Below, one piece after another: positions 25,511 to 34,493 of a stretch of DNA of 64,000 nt (position 1 is the first letter of the stretch; each line of letters begins with the position of its first letter). The notes under the pieces are model-generated. The model was not told where the DNA came from. It searched no databases and worked only from the letters and a program-made list of their open reading frames with translations. The translations under genes were made by a program, and so were the position numbers. This stretch comes from Patescibacteria group bacterium (lineage in GTDB: Bacteria > Patescibacteriota > Microgenomatia > UBA10105 > UBA927). The DNA is taken from positions 4,036 through 68,035 of the forward strand of contig JBBTWJ010000014.1 in the NCBI GenBank assembly GCA_038062895.1. Reading direction: 5' to 3'.

Positions 25511-26500
25511 ATGAACGTAAAAATTGCTGATCTCAAAAATCTCGGACTCAAGGCACTCAAAAAACAAGGCTACAACGACACCGAGGCAGATACCGTCTTG
25601 GGTATGCTCCTGTATGCACAGCTCCGGGGAAACAATCAGGGGATGGTCAAACTCATCGGCAAAGGAATCCCTAAAAATCCTGCGGCTGGCGCCATCACGA
25701 TCGAAAAAGAAACTAAACTTTCCGCCCGCATCAATGGAGCACATAATCCTGGTGCCATCGTTATAAAAAAGGCCATGGATTTGGCTATCACAAAAGCAAA
25801 AGAACACGGGATCGGTATCGTGGGAACCAATACCACTAATAGTTCAACCGGCGCCCTGGGCTACTGGGCCGGACAAATTGCGCGGGAAGGACTTGTCGGA
25901 TTCGTCTTTGCCGGATCACCGGAAACCGTCTGCTATCACGGATCCTTTGAACCGATTTTTGGCACCAATCCTATGGCCATCGGCGTTCCTACTGACGGCG
26001 ATCCGATTGTTTTAGATATGGCTACCGCCACCATGGCCTATTACGGACTCATTGAAGCTAAGACCGCGGGCCGCAAAATCCCGCCCGGCATTGCATACGA
26101 TACTGAAGGAAATTTAACCGATGATCCGGCTAAAGCCATGGATGGGTCTCTCCGGCCATTTGATAAAAGCTACAAAAGCGCGGGGCTTGCCCTCATGGTC
26201 GAGATCCTCACCGGACCATTGGTGGGAGCCTCCTTCACCGGCATCGGCGACACTGCCGCCAACTGGGGAAACCTCGTCTTTGTCATCGATCCGGAAATGC
26301 TTGGCGACCGTAAAGAATTTGCCAAAAATGTTTCGGCTCTCGCCGTCCGCGTGAAGGCGACCAAGAAACTTCCGGGTGTAACAGAAATTCTCATGCCAGG
26401 AGAACGCGGCGATAAACTTACCAAACAACACAAAACCGAAGGCACCATCGATATCGAAGACAATCTCTACCACGCGCTTGAAGAAGCAGCAAAAAATTGA
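25511..26500 (+). CDS. Ldh_2 family (malate/L-lactate/sulfolactate) dehydrogenase
   Basis: Overall match to the Ldh_2 fold (HNPGAIV, GTNPMAIGVP, catalytic His region). Confidence 0.65.
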   Translation: MNVKIADLKNLGLKALKKQGYNDTEADTVLGMLLYAQLRGNNQGMVKLIGKGIPKNPAAGAITIEKETKLSARINGAHNPGAIVIKKAMDLAITKAKEHGIGIVGTNTTNSSTGALGYWAGQIAREGLVGFVFAGSPETVCYHGSFEPIFGTNPMAIGVPTDGDPIVLDMATATMAYYGLIEAKTAGRKIPPGIAYDTEGNLTDDPAKAMDGSLRPFDKSYKSAGLALMVEILTGPLVGASFTGIGDTAANWGNLVFVIDPEMLGDRKEFAKNVSALAVRVKATKKLPGVTEILMPGERGDKLTKQHKTEGTIDIEDNLYHALEEAAKN

Positions 26501-27387
26501 TCAATAGCCTAATGCCTTCATTTCATACCATTCGACTATCCCCGGGATTCAAGTTCTCCCTCATGGCTTCCCTATCCTGGGCCATCAGTATTGTTCTCAC
26601 CCGAACCATCCTCACGACCGGCGGGGAAAATGCATACACCCTGGCCTACTGGTCCACGATTCTTGCGACGCCATTTTGGGGCTATATGCTCTTGAGAAAC
26701 AAAAAGGAAGTTACAACATTAAAAAAGGGAGATCTGTATCTTTTTATCATCATGGGACTCATCGGAACCATAGGAGTGTCAATCGTGCAATCTCTGGCGC
26801 TTGCCAGTAGCAACGCGATCAATTATGCATTTCTCATCCGCACGGTCACGGTATTTACCATTCTCTTTGCGGCAGTATTGCTACGCGAACGCATGACGAA
26901 TAAAAAAGGAATACTGGTTACCCTGACGATCCTTGGCGCGTATCTTTTGACGACTGAAGGGCAAAGCTTAAAACTTACCACGGGGGATCTTTTCATCCTC
27001 TTACAAGCCATACTTCTCGCCCTCAATACAATCTTAGGAAAAATTGCTACGAATCGCATGAGCGCAAACGTAAGCGCAGCAGGAAGATTTTTTGCATCGT
27101 TCCTCCCTTTTACCCTCATCACTTGGTATCAGCAAGGACTGCAAGCGCCACACGCAATCCTCCCTGTTTTACTACTGACGGGAGTTTCCATCGTGGTGAC
27201 AACTACTCTTTTCCAAGCGTTTAAGCATGCTTCTGCTTCCTACGTGACGATGATTATGTCCTTCACGCCTGTCTTTGTATCCATCATCTCTATCCCACTT
27301 CTCCACGAGACGCTCTCAACCATGCAGATTCTTGGAGGGATTTTCATCATCGGCGCCGGTGTTGCAGCCGAAAAACTAAAAATATAA
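26497..27387 (+). CDS. EamA/DMT family transporter (second copy)
   Basis: 10 predicted TM helices in two EamA repeats. Confidence 0.7.
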   Translation: MINSLMPSFHTIRLSPGFKFSLMASLSWAISIVLTRTILTTGGENAYTLAYWSTILATPFWGYMLLRNKKEVTTLKKGDLYLFIIMGLIGTIGVSIVQSLALASSNAINYAFLIRTVTVFTILFAAVLLRERMTNKKGILVTLTILGAYLLTTEGQSLKLTTGDLFILLQAILLALNTILGKIATNRMSANVSAAGRFFASFLPFTLITWYQQGLQAPHAILPVLLLTGVSIVVTTTLFQAFKHASASYVTMIMSFTPVFVSIISIPLLHETLSTMQILGGIFIIGAGVAAEKLKI

Positions 27388-27395
27388 TACGCTTC

Positions 27396-27782
27396 TTATT
27401 TCCTCTTCGGAAGATTTTTGAAGAATCTTTGACGGATGTGTTTGGTGGTCTCCACACTTTGTTCCTGAAGCTTCTCGATCTGGGCTAGTGCGGTGTCCAA
27501 CCTCTCGGCTGCCACATCAGTAAGGTCTTCCTTTTTTTCTTTGATTTCGCCCACAACCTGCTCTTTGATCTCCTCGCCTTGTTTTACGAGCTCTTTTCCG
27601 CGCTTTTCCATCTCCTCAAGCTTTTCCTGAAGTTCTTCAAGCAAATCTTTTCCTTTATCCTCCAAGACTTTCCCGGTCTTTTTCCCTTCCTTCGTCCCCA
27701 TAAAAAACAGGAGAAGTGCTCCTAAAAGCCCTCCTATGAAAAACCCAAACCAAAATCTATTGTCGTGATTTCCTTTATCCAT
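27396..27782 (-). CDS. YtxH-like protein (N-terminal TM + coiled coil)
   Basis: FWFGFFIGGLLGALLLFF followed by a K/E-rich coiled coil. Confidence 0.5.
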   Translation of the reverse strand: MDKGNHDNRFWFGFFIGGLLGALLLFFMGTKEGKKTGKVLEDKGKDLLEELQEKLEEMEKRGKELVKQGEEIKEQVVGEIKEKKEDLTDVAAERLDTALAQIEKLQEQSVETTKHIRQRFFKNLPKRK

Positions 27783-27784
27783 AA

Positions 27785-28042
27785 TTAATCCTCCTGTTTT
27801 TTTCCCCGAAGAGAGGAAAACAATGATAATCCTGCCTTCACCCCACTCATGAGTCCGGCGACACTCGTAAAACCCGCGCTGACTGTACCCGTCACTTTGG
27901 TCGCGTCATCCAGCATGGTGTTCACTTTCTGAAAAGAAGTACGCATTTCTTTGAGGATATACCAAACCTGTACACCGAGGAATACAAACAGTGCCGTGAG
28001 GATGAGACTAACGGCTATGATGGTGAGTTGGACAGGATCCAT
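27785..28042 (-). CDS. DUF948-like (YtxG-like) small membrane protein
   Basis: 85 aa with an N-terminal TM helix. Sits immediately upstream of the ytxH-like gene, as in the Bacillus ytxG-ytxH pair. Confidence 0.45.
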   Translation of the reverse strand: MDPVQLTIIAVSLILTALFVFLGVQVWYILKEMRTSFQKVNTMLDDATKVTGTVSAGFTSVAGLMSGVKAGLSLFSSLRGKKQED

Positions 28043-28057
28043 ATGGGCAGACGTAGT

Positions 28058-28186
28058 GTAAATCCAAAATCCTAATTTCTAAATCCTAAATAAAAATTAA
28101 TGTTAAATGCGTAACTGTTTTGAATTTATAATTTTGAACATTTGGATTTGTTTAGGATTTAGTGCTTAGAATTTAGAATTTAAGAT
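28058..28186. repeat. MITE-like intergenic element, copy A (arms AAATCCTAATTTCTAAATCCTAAATAA / CATTTGGATTTGTTTAGGATTTAGTGCTTAGAATTTAGAATTT)
   Basis: 12-bp TIR core CTAAATCCTAAA / TTTAGGATTTAG. The family recurs at 32838-33325 and 38903-39045. Lies between the DUF948 gene start and the rodZ stop. Confidence 0.75.
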
Positions 28187-28217
28187 ATATCTAGTATCTC
28201 CTAAACGCTCTACGCTG

Positions 28218-28874
28218 TCAACGAGGGTTCGCCTCTTCTGTTTGGTTCATTACCGTTCTCGTCACGGTCGATGATTTTCCGTATCGGCTGGTTGCAATAA
28301 CGATGATCGTATTGTTTCCCGGCTCGAGAGTCACTTGGTCAAAAAACTTGCCGTCGCCACGCACAAGCACGGATATCCCATTCACCGTCACCGTCGCATC
28401 AGAATCCGTCACCCCGAGTACCTCGACTTTTTTCGTCGTAATGACGGCGCTCTCCTTCGGCGTTTCAATGGTAAGTCCAGGTGGACTTTGGAGTTGTCCA
28501 TATTGGAGACCTAAATATATGAGGAACGCCAAGACCAATCCCATAAAAAGAAATATGAGAAACTTACCCGGGGTCAACTGAAACCACGCGCGGTTCAAAG
28601 ACTGCGCCACTCCCGTTGGGAGAATGGATGATCTGGTTATTTCTTGCGTTTGCCGCCTAAAAAATGCGAGAATCGTGGGAGCCGGAATACCTAAAAACTC
28701 TGCATAGTTTTTTACAAAACCCTTCGCGTACGCTTGCGAGGGAAGACTACTATAGTCATCCGATTCGATACCCGCAAGGAACTTTGCACGAATTTTGGTC
28801 GAAAGTTCCGCCTGTTCAAACGTGAGATGTTTGGCTTCCCTCGCTTCTTTGAGGATAGATCCGACGGTTTTCAT
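28218..28874 (-). CDS. rodZ: RodZ-like cytoskeleton protein (HTH_25 + TM + C-terminal DUF4115-like domain)
   Basis: N-terminal HTH (LKEAREAKHLTFEQAELSTKIRAKFLAGIE) followed by a single TM. Confidence 0.6.
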   Translation of the reverse strand: MKTVGSILKEAREAKHLTFEQAELSTKIRAKFLAGIESDDYSSLPSQAYAKGFVKNYAEFLGIPAPTILAFFRRQTQEITRSSILPTGVAQSLNRAWFQLTPGKFLIFLFMGLVLAFLIYLGLQYGQLQSPPGLTIETPKESAVITTKKVEVLGVTDSDATVTVNGISVLVRGDGKFFDQVTLEPGNNTIIVIATSRYGKSSTVTRTVMNQTEEANPR

Positions 28875-31105
28875 TGCTGTTGCGCTTGTTGTTGTGCCAG
28901 ATACTCTTCTGCGTTTTTCATAAGGACGTCACGGGGTTTACTACCTTCCCCCGGGCCGATAATGCCTGACTCTTCCAGCTGATCCAAAATCCGCGCCGCC
29001 CGTGCGTAGCCGATCGAAAGCCGGCGCTGGAGAAGCGAAGCGGACGCTTTATCATATTGGCACACGAGCCGGATGGCATCTTCAAAAAGATTATCATGTC
29101 CGTCTCCGCCGGATGTCCCCACGTTCCCCTTTTTGCCACCCACCGGTACGGAGAGACTCGTCACTTCTTCAGTGTACTGGACCGGCATATTTTTACTCCG
29201 AAGAAATTCAACAAGCTTGCTGACTTCCTGCTCCGATACGAACGTTCCCTGGATGCGGCTGGGCTTGGCTTGATCCGGCGGTACGTAGAGCATATCTCCT
29301 TTTCCTAGTAGCTTTTCCGCTCCGGGCATATCGATAACGACCCTCGAGTCGACCATTGAGGAAACGCTAAAAGCGATCCGGGCCGGGACATTGGCTTTGA
29401 TAAGTCCCGTGATGACGTCTACCGACGGCCGTTGGGTAGCAAGCACTAAATGTATCCCGGTTGCCCGGGCCATCTGCGCGATCCGACAAATACTGTCCTC
29501 TACCTCCACAGGAGCATACGCCATGAGATCGGCAAGTTCATCAATGACGATGACGATATAGGGCATCGCTTGGAAACCGGAGAGTTCATTGAAGCTATCG
29601 ATATTTCGCACCCCCACTTCGGCAAACTGCTTATACCGGCTTTCCATTTCTCCCATCGCCCATCGAAGCGATGAAAGAATTTTATCCGGCTCGACGATGA
29701 CAGGAGTGAGAAGATGGGGTATGCCGTTATAACCCGTAAGCTCAACCCGCTTGGGATCAACCATGATAAACCGTACTTCCTGCGGCGTCGTACGAAAAAG
29801 CAGCGAACATATCCACGAGTTGATGAGGACGGATTTTCCTGATCCTGTCGTACCGGCAATCAGGACGTGCGGCATCTTCCCGATATCCCCGATCACTGCA
29901 CTTCCGGATACATCCAGACCCAAAGCAACGGTCAGCTTACTCTTCGCTTTACGCATCACCTCGGATCCAAGCATATTTTTAAGCGTCACAAACTCCAAGC
30001 CTCTATTGGGTATTTCTATGCCGACGAGCTTTTTCCCCGGAATCGGTGCTTCTATACGGACCTGGCCCGTGGGAGCCGCGAGAGCCAAAGCGAGATCACT
30101 GGAAAGTGCAGTGATCTTGGATACTTTGGTCCCCAGAGCAATCTCGAGGGCATATTGGGTGACTGCCGGGCCTTTATTGACTTCTACCACATCTGCTTTG
30201 ATGCCAAACCCTTCTAACGTTTTTTCGATAACCTGCGCATTATCGCGTACATCACCCCTGTCCGCTTTACCACCCGGCCCGTCGGAGAGAAGCGAAAGCG
30301 GCGGATATTCCCAGACGGCTGTGCCCTCTCCCGCCTGCGCGTTTGCCAGTGGAACTTGAATCTTCAATTCGGATTTAGGCGTTGCGGCAGACTTATCTCC
30401 ACCGGACACAGGTGGCGGCACCATGGGCGCTTTTGCAGACAGTCTCCCATCATCACCGCCTTTAATTCTTAAGATAGGTTTATCTTCTCTCTCAAAAAGA
30501 GGCTTTTCGCGCCGGCCGGTCATACGCTCGAGCGCCGTATTTGCCCATTCGAAGATGGCCTGCGCCCCCATAAATAAAAAGTTCATAAACCGGTCAAGAG
30601 AAGCGTTAAAAAGAACGATGAGACTTATCATAAAAAGTCCAAGTGCCGCGATGACTGCTCCTTCCGGAGCGATTGCTCCCGATAAAAGCGACCACAAGAA
30701 AACTCCCATATCCCCCGATTGCGTGAGTGTCGCCAGCGAAATGAGCATGAGCCCAATACCTAAGGGCACGTTGGGACGACCGATGTCTGATTTGACTTTA
30801 AAAAACAGAAAACTCGCCGATACGAGAAATGGGGGGGTGAGATACATGATCCACCCGACGTGGGTAGTAAGAGCGTCCCGAAGCGACGTAAGCACGGTGC
30901 CTTCACCGAAAAACGAAAGCGTAATAACTGCCGCAAACAGCCACATCCAGATCGCCCCGACGGTATACACCGTCTGTTGTTTGAGTTTAAATTGGAAGGG
31001 GCTGTGCTTCTTGTACCTTCTGCGCTTTCCCCCGCCAAAGATTGACCGTTTCATCGTAAAAACTAGTATAGAAGGATATGGCGCTACTGGCAAGCTTGAG
31101 GACAA
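28871..31105 (-). CDS. ftsK: DNA translocase FtsK/SpoIIIE
   Basis: N-terminal TM domain, a linker, a motor domain with Walker A (GTTGSGKSV) and a C-terminal gamma domain. Confidence 0.9.
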   Translation of the reverse strand: MSSSLPVAPYPSILVFTMKRSIFGGGKRRRYKKHSPFQFKLKQQTVYTVGAIWMWLFAAVITLSFFGEGTVLTSLRDALTTHVGWIMYLTPPFLVSASFLFFKVKSDIGRPNVPLGIGLMLISLATLTQSGDMGVFLWSLLSGAIAPEGAVIAALGLFMISLIVLFNASLDRFMNFLFMGAQAIFEWANTALERMTGRREKPLFEREDKPILRIKGGDDGRLSAKAPMVPPPVSGGDKSAATPKSELKIQVPLANAQAGEGTAVWEYPPLSLLSDGPGGKADRGDVRDNAQVIEKTLEGFGIKADVVEVNKGPAVTQYALEIALGTKVSKITALSSDLALALAAPTGQVRIEAPIPGKKLVGIEIPNRGLEFVTLKNMLGSEVMRKAKSKLTVALGLDVSGSAVIGDIGKMPHVLIAGTTGSGKSVLINSWICSLLFRTTPQEVRFIMVDPKRVELTGYNGIPHLLTPVIVEPDKILSSLRWAMGEMESRYKQFAEVGVRNIDSFNELSGFQAMPYIVIVIDELADLMAYAPVEVEDSICRIAQMARATGIHLVLATQRPSVDVITGLIKANVPARIAFSVSSMVDSRVVIDMPGAEKLLGKGDMLYVPPDQAKPSRIQGTFVSEQEVSKLVEFLRSKNMPVQYTEEVTSLSVPVGGKKGNVGTSGGDGHDNLFEDAIRLVCQYDKASASLLQRRLSIGYARAARILDQLEESGIIGPGEGSKPRDVLMKNAEEYLAQQQAQQQ

Positions 31106-32842
31106 TCAAACTTCCACGATCACCGGAACGATGAGGGGGTGGCGGCCGGTTTCTTTCGCCAAGAGGCTAGAAAGATTTTCGCTGATTTGCTTCCTCACAA
31201 AAAGCCAGTCCATCATCCGGCCTTTCTTGAGACGCAGCGATTGGAGAATAACGTGTCGGGCTTGATCCAGAAGTACTCCCGAGTCTTTCATATACACAAA
31301 GCCACGGGATATGATATCCGGACCACTCGTCACCTTGCCGGTAGACTTCTGAATTGGGATGACGACTACCACGATGCCTTCCGTGGCAATCGTCTGCCGG
31401 TCGCGCAGAACCACACTCCCTACGTCTCCCACACCGAGTCCGTCAACCATCACGTTTTCCAACTCAACGGTCTCAACCACCCGAGGCGGATTATGAGGGC
31501 TAAACTCCAATACCTGCCCCTCCTCCGGGACGAGAACATCTTTTTTGTCGAACCCCAAATCTTGCGCGAGCCGCCGATATTGCATAAGGTGCTTATAGGT
31601 GCCGCCGATCGGAAAAACATACCGCGGCCCCAGAGCGGACAAAAGAAGCATCATATCCCCCTGGCTCCCATGGCCGGAGATGTGAAGATCTTCCATGATA
31701 TCGCTATAAGAAACCCGCGCGCCTTTGCGGTAAATCTGATCGATGAGGTTATTGACATCATGTTCCCGTCCCGGTATGGGATCAGCGGAAATGATCACCG
31801 TATCCCCTTCATCTAAAGTCACAAATCGATGATTATCATTGGCAATCCGTGACAGAGCGCTATCCGGCTGACCCTGGCTACCGGCCACGACCAAAAATTG
31901 TTTGGTAGCCGGCACCCGCTTGAGATCCCGGTCACGCACCAGCGCTTCGCGCTCAAACTTCATGTAGCCGAGCTTAACGGACTCCTCGACGTTTTGGTCT
32001 ATGCTGCGCCCCAAGAATGTCACGTGTCTGCCATATTGGATAGCCAGCTCAATCGCCCTCTGGATGCGCGATATATTGCTGGACTGTGTCGTAAAGAGCA
32101 CTTTTCCGGTTGCGAGTTTCAGCTCCTTCTCGATCGTCTCTCCGACGACCTGCTCGGAGGGCGTAAATCCCGGCCGTTCGCTGCCAAGTGAATCAGACAA
32201 AAGACACAAGACTCCTCGTTTGCCCACCGCATTGATTTTGGCAAGTTCCGAGCGCTTGCCGTCCAGAGGATCAAAATCAAACTTAAAATCACTGCCATGA
32301 TAAAAAATTCCCATCGGTGTTTCGATGATGAGATTGGCAGCATCCGGCACCGAATGGGTCATGCGCACAAATGATACGGTAAACGCACCGATGATCAATG
32401 TTTTGTCAAACTCCACGGGCGTGACCCGGGTGTTGAGTTTAATCTCCCGGAGTTTGATATTGGCAAATGCTGCCGTCAGCGTCGTCCCCCACATGGGGAC
32501 GTTGCCGAGCTTGCTATAGACATACGGAATGCCGCCGATATGGTCGTCGTGACCGTGTGTGAAGACGAGTCCGCGGATATATTGTTTTTTATTTTCCAAA
32601 TACCGGACGTCCGGAATGACCACATCCACCCCATACATTTCAGGATCCGGAAACCCTATCCCGCAATCCACAATGAGAATATCACGGATCTTTCCCTCTA
32701 CACGGTACTCATACACAAACATATTTTTCGTTACGTTGCCCGTGCCCCCAAGCGGGATGATCCGGACCGAATCTTTACCGGTTTTTGAGGATCCCTGAAA
32801 AATCGTCCTGTGCTGTGTTTTCCAAAAACTCATAATTTTCAA
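31106..32842 (-). CDS. rnj: ribonuclease J
   Basis: MBL + beta-CASP with HGHDDHIGG and RNase J-specific N- and C-terminal regions. 578 aa. Confidence 0.9.
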   Translation of the reverse strand: MKIMSFWKTQHRTIFQGSSKTGKDSVRIIPLGGTGNVTKNMFVYEYRVEGKIRDILIVDCGIGFPDPEMYGVDVVIPDVRYLENKKQYIRGLVFTHGHDDHIGGIPYVYSKLGNVPMWGTTLTAAFANIKLREIKLNTRVTPVEFDKTLIIGAFTVSFVRMTHSVPDAANLIIETPMGIFYHGSDFKFDFDPLDGKRSELAKINAVGKRGVLCLLSDSLGSERPGFTPSEQVVGETIEKELKLATGKVLFTTQSSNISRIQRAIELAIQYGRHVTFLGRSIDQNVEESVKLGYMKFEREALVRDRDLKRVPATKQFLVVAGSQGQPDSALSRIANDNHRFVTLDEGDTVIISADPIPGREHDVNNLIDQIYRKGARVSYSDIMEDLHISGHGSQGDMMLLLSALGPRYVFPIGGTYKHLMQYRRLAQDLGFDKKDVLVPEEGQVLEFSPHNPPRVVETVELENVMVDGLGVGDVGSVVLRDRQTIATEGIVVVVIPIQKSTGKVTSGPDIISRGFVYMKDSGVLLDQARHVILQSLRLKKGRMMDWLFVRKQISENLSSLLAKETGRHPLIVPVIVEV

Positions 32843-33325
32843 ATTCCAAATCCTAATTTCTAAATCCTAAATAATTTCAAAATATAAAATTCAAATGTCT
32901 AAAACAATCACTTATTCCGATTTTGTAACAATCGACCCAAAAATTTTACAGAACTCATTGGCTTCTTGTATCAACCGAATTCTTTCTTTCTCTAACGTTT
33001 CGTTTTGACTTATAACAATAAGTTGAAGCCAATATTTGGACTCCTTAGATTCTTTTCTACAAATCTTGATTCGATGAAAAAAATCTTTCTTACTTATAGC
33101 TTCATTCGCCTCTATATAGTTGGCCCCAATAGATCCAGACGATCGAATTAATTGAGGGCCATCTTCAATATTAGAGATTGTCCGTGATAGATGTATCACC
33201 AAACTGCGACAATCACGGGCAAAAATAAACGTTCGTTCTTCAAGATCATAGTGTTTGTGCATTGGTATTTCGGTCATTTGAATTTGTTTAGGATTTAGTG
33301 TTTAGAATTTAGGATTTCCTAAATC
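32838..33325 (-). mobile_element. MITE-like element copy B carrying a four-helix-bundle protein gene as cargo
   Basis: The same two arms as copies A and C flank the 366-bp AT-rich gene 32912..33277. Its ATG is the CAT at 33275-33277, which is the first triplet of the conserved right arm (CATTTGAATTTG...). Confidence 0.65.
32912..33277 (-). CDS. four helix bundle protein (TIGR02436-like, rRNA intervening-sequence-type protein)
   Basis: 121 aa. The RSSGSIGANYIEANEA and SKKDFFHRIKICRKESKESKYWL segments resemble the four-helix-bundle family often encoded in 23S rRNA IVS and other insertions. Locally low GC. Confidence 0.6.
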   Translation of the reverse strand: MTEIPMHKHYDLEERTFIFARDCRSLVIHLSRTISNIEDGPQLIRSSGSIGANYIEANEAISKKDFFHRIKICRKESKESKYWLQLIVISQNETLEKERIRLIQEANEFCKIFGSIVTKSE

Positions 33326-34424
33326 AATACGTCTCCATATACTCCTTCATATTTTTTTGTGTGATGTGGAAACTCTTACCCTTTCCTTCCACAATCATCC
33401 TGGCTACCTTCCGGCACAGGGCATTCATCGTCCGCTCAAGACTACGGATACCGGCATCATAACCCAGAGGACGGACAAGTTTGGGCCAGAGCTCCTCATC
33501 AATGGTTAAATTTTCGCCCGTCAGTCCCGACTCCCGCATAAGTTGCGGCATGACATAGTCTTTGGCAATTTTAATCTTCTCTTCATCGCTATATGATGGC
33601 ATCTGTATCGGCTCGATGCGGTCCAGGACGGCGGTGGCGATATTGGTGGTATTATTGCCGGTCGCAATGAAGAGTACCTCTGAAAGATCAAACGGAAAGT
33701 CCAAATAGTGATCGGTAAACGCTACATTTTGTTCCGGATCCAAAAGTTCCACTAACACCCCCATGATATCTCCGCGAGTCCCTTCCGCTACCCGGTCGAT
33801 TTCATCCAGTAACATCACCGGATTACGGCTTCCGGCAAACCGGAGCCCTTTGAGGATAAGCCCAATCTCCGCATCCGGTCGGACCCGCGACTGACCACGC
33901 AGATCCAACGCATCGCTCATGCCGCCAAACGGAATTCTTATGAACCTGCGTCCCATAGATTCGGCAATAGACTTGGCAAGCGTCGTTTTCCCGGTTCCCA
34001 CGAGTCCAACGAGGCAAAGAATGGGGGCCCGCCGGGCTAGGATGGAATGGGAAAGTTTCGCTTCTTTATTTTGCCCTTCCTCTTTCTTTTGTTCCTCGTC
34101 CCACCGTAGTTTATTGAGTTTGAGTATCGCAAGATATTCTAAAATTCTTTCTTTCACCGGCTCCAGACCGTAATGGTGCTTATCCAGTATTTCGCGCGCA
34201 CGTACTAAGTCCACGACATCCGTGGTCCGGACATTCCACGGAAGATTCACGACCCAATCCACGTACCGCAACATCTGCTCGATATGGACACGGGAGCTGA
34301 TATCATGCTCAAGCCGAACGATCTCATCAAGATTTCCTTGGACGCGGGACTGGAGCGCTTCTGGCAAGCGCGCTTCGGTAACTTTTTTCCGCAGGCTTTC
34401 TACTTCTTCAATCATTTTAGACAT
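33324..34424 (-). CDS. Lon-like AAA+ ATPase lacking the N-terminal globular domain and the S16 protease domain
   Basis: Aligns to E. coli Lon from about residue 240 to 590. The HHYGLEPVKERILEYLAIL hallmark, Walker A (LVGLVGTGKTT), Walker B and sensor 2 are present. Ends at ...CRKVARMIVEGKGKSFHITQKNMKEYMETY, exactly at the ATPase/protease boundary. No protease domain lies downstream. Confidence 0.7.
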   Translation of the reverse strand: MSKMIEEVESLRKKVTEARLPEALQSRVQGNLDEIVRLEHDISSRVHIEQMLRYVDWVVNLPWNVRTTDVVDLVRAREILDKHHYGLEPVKERILEYLAILKLNKLRWDEEQKKEEGQNKEAKLSHSILARRAPILCLVGLVGTGKTTLAKSIAESMGRRFIRIPFGGMSDALDLRGQSRVRPDAEIGLILKGLRFAGSRNPVMLLDEIDRVAEGTRGDIMGVLVELLDPEQNVAFTDHYLDFPFDLSEVLFIATGNNTTNIATAVLDRIEPIQMPSYSDEEKIKIAKDYVMPQLMRESGLTGENLTIDEELWPKLVRPLGYDAGIRSLERTMNALCRKVARMIVEGKGKSFHITQKNMKEYMETY

Positions 34425-34493
34425 ATACTCATCATAACCTAACGTCTTTGGAGAAAAAAGAGTGAGGGTTCCTTTGAAGGGTACGGTGTATTC

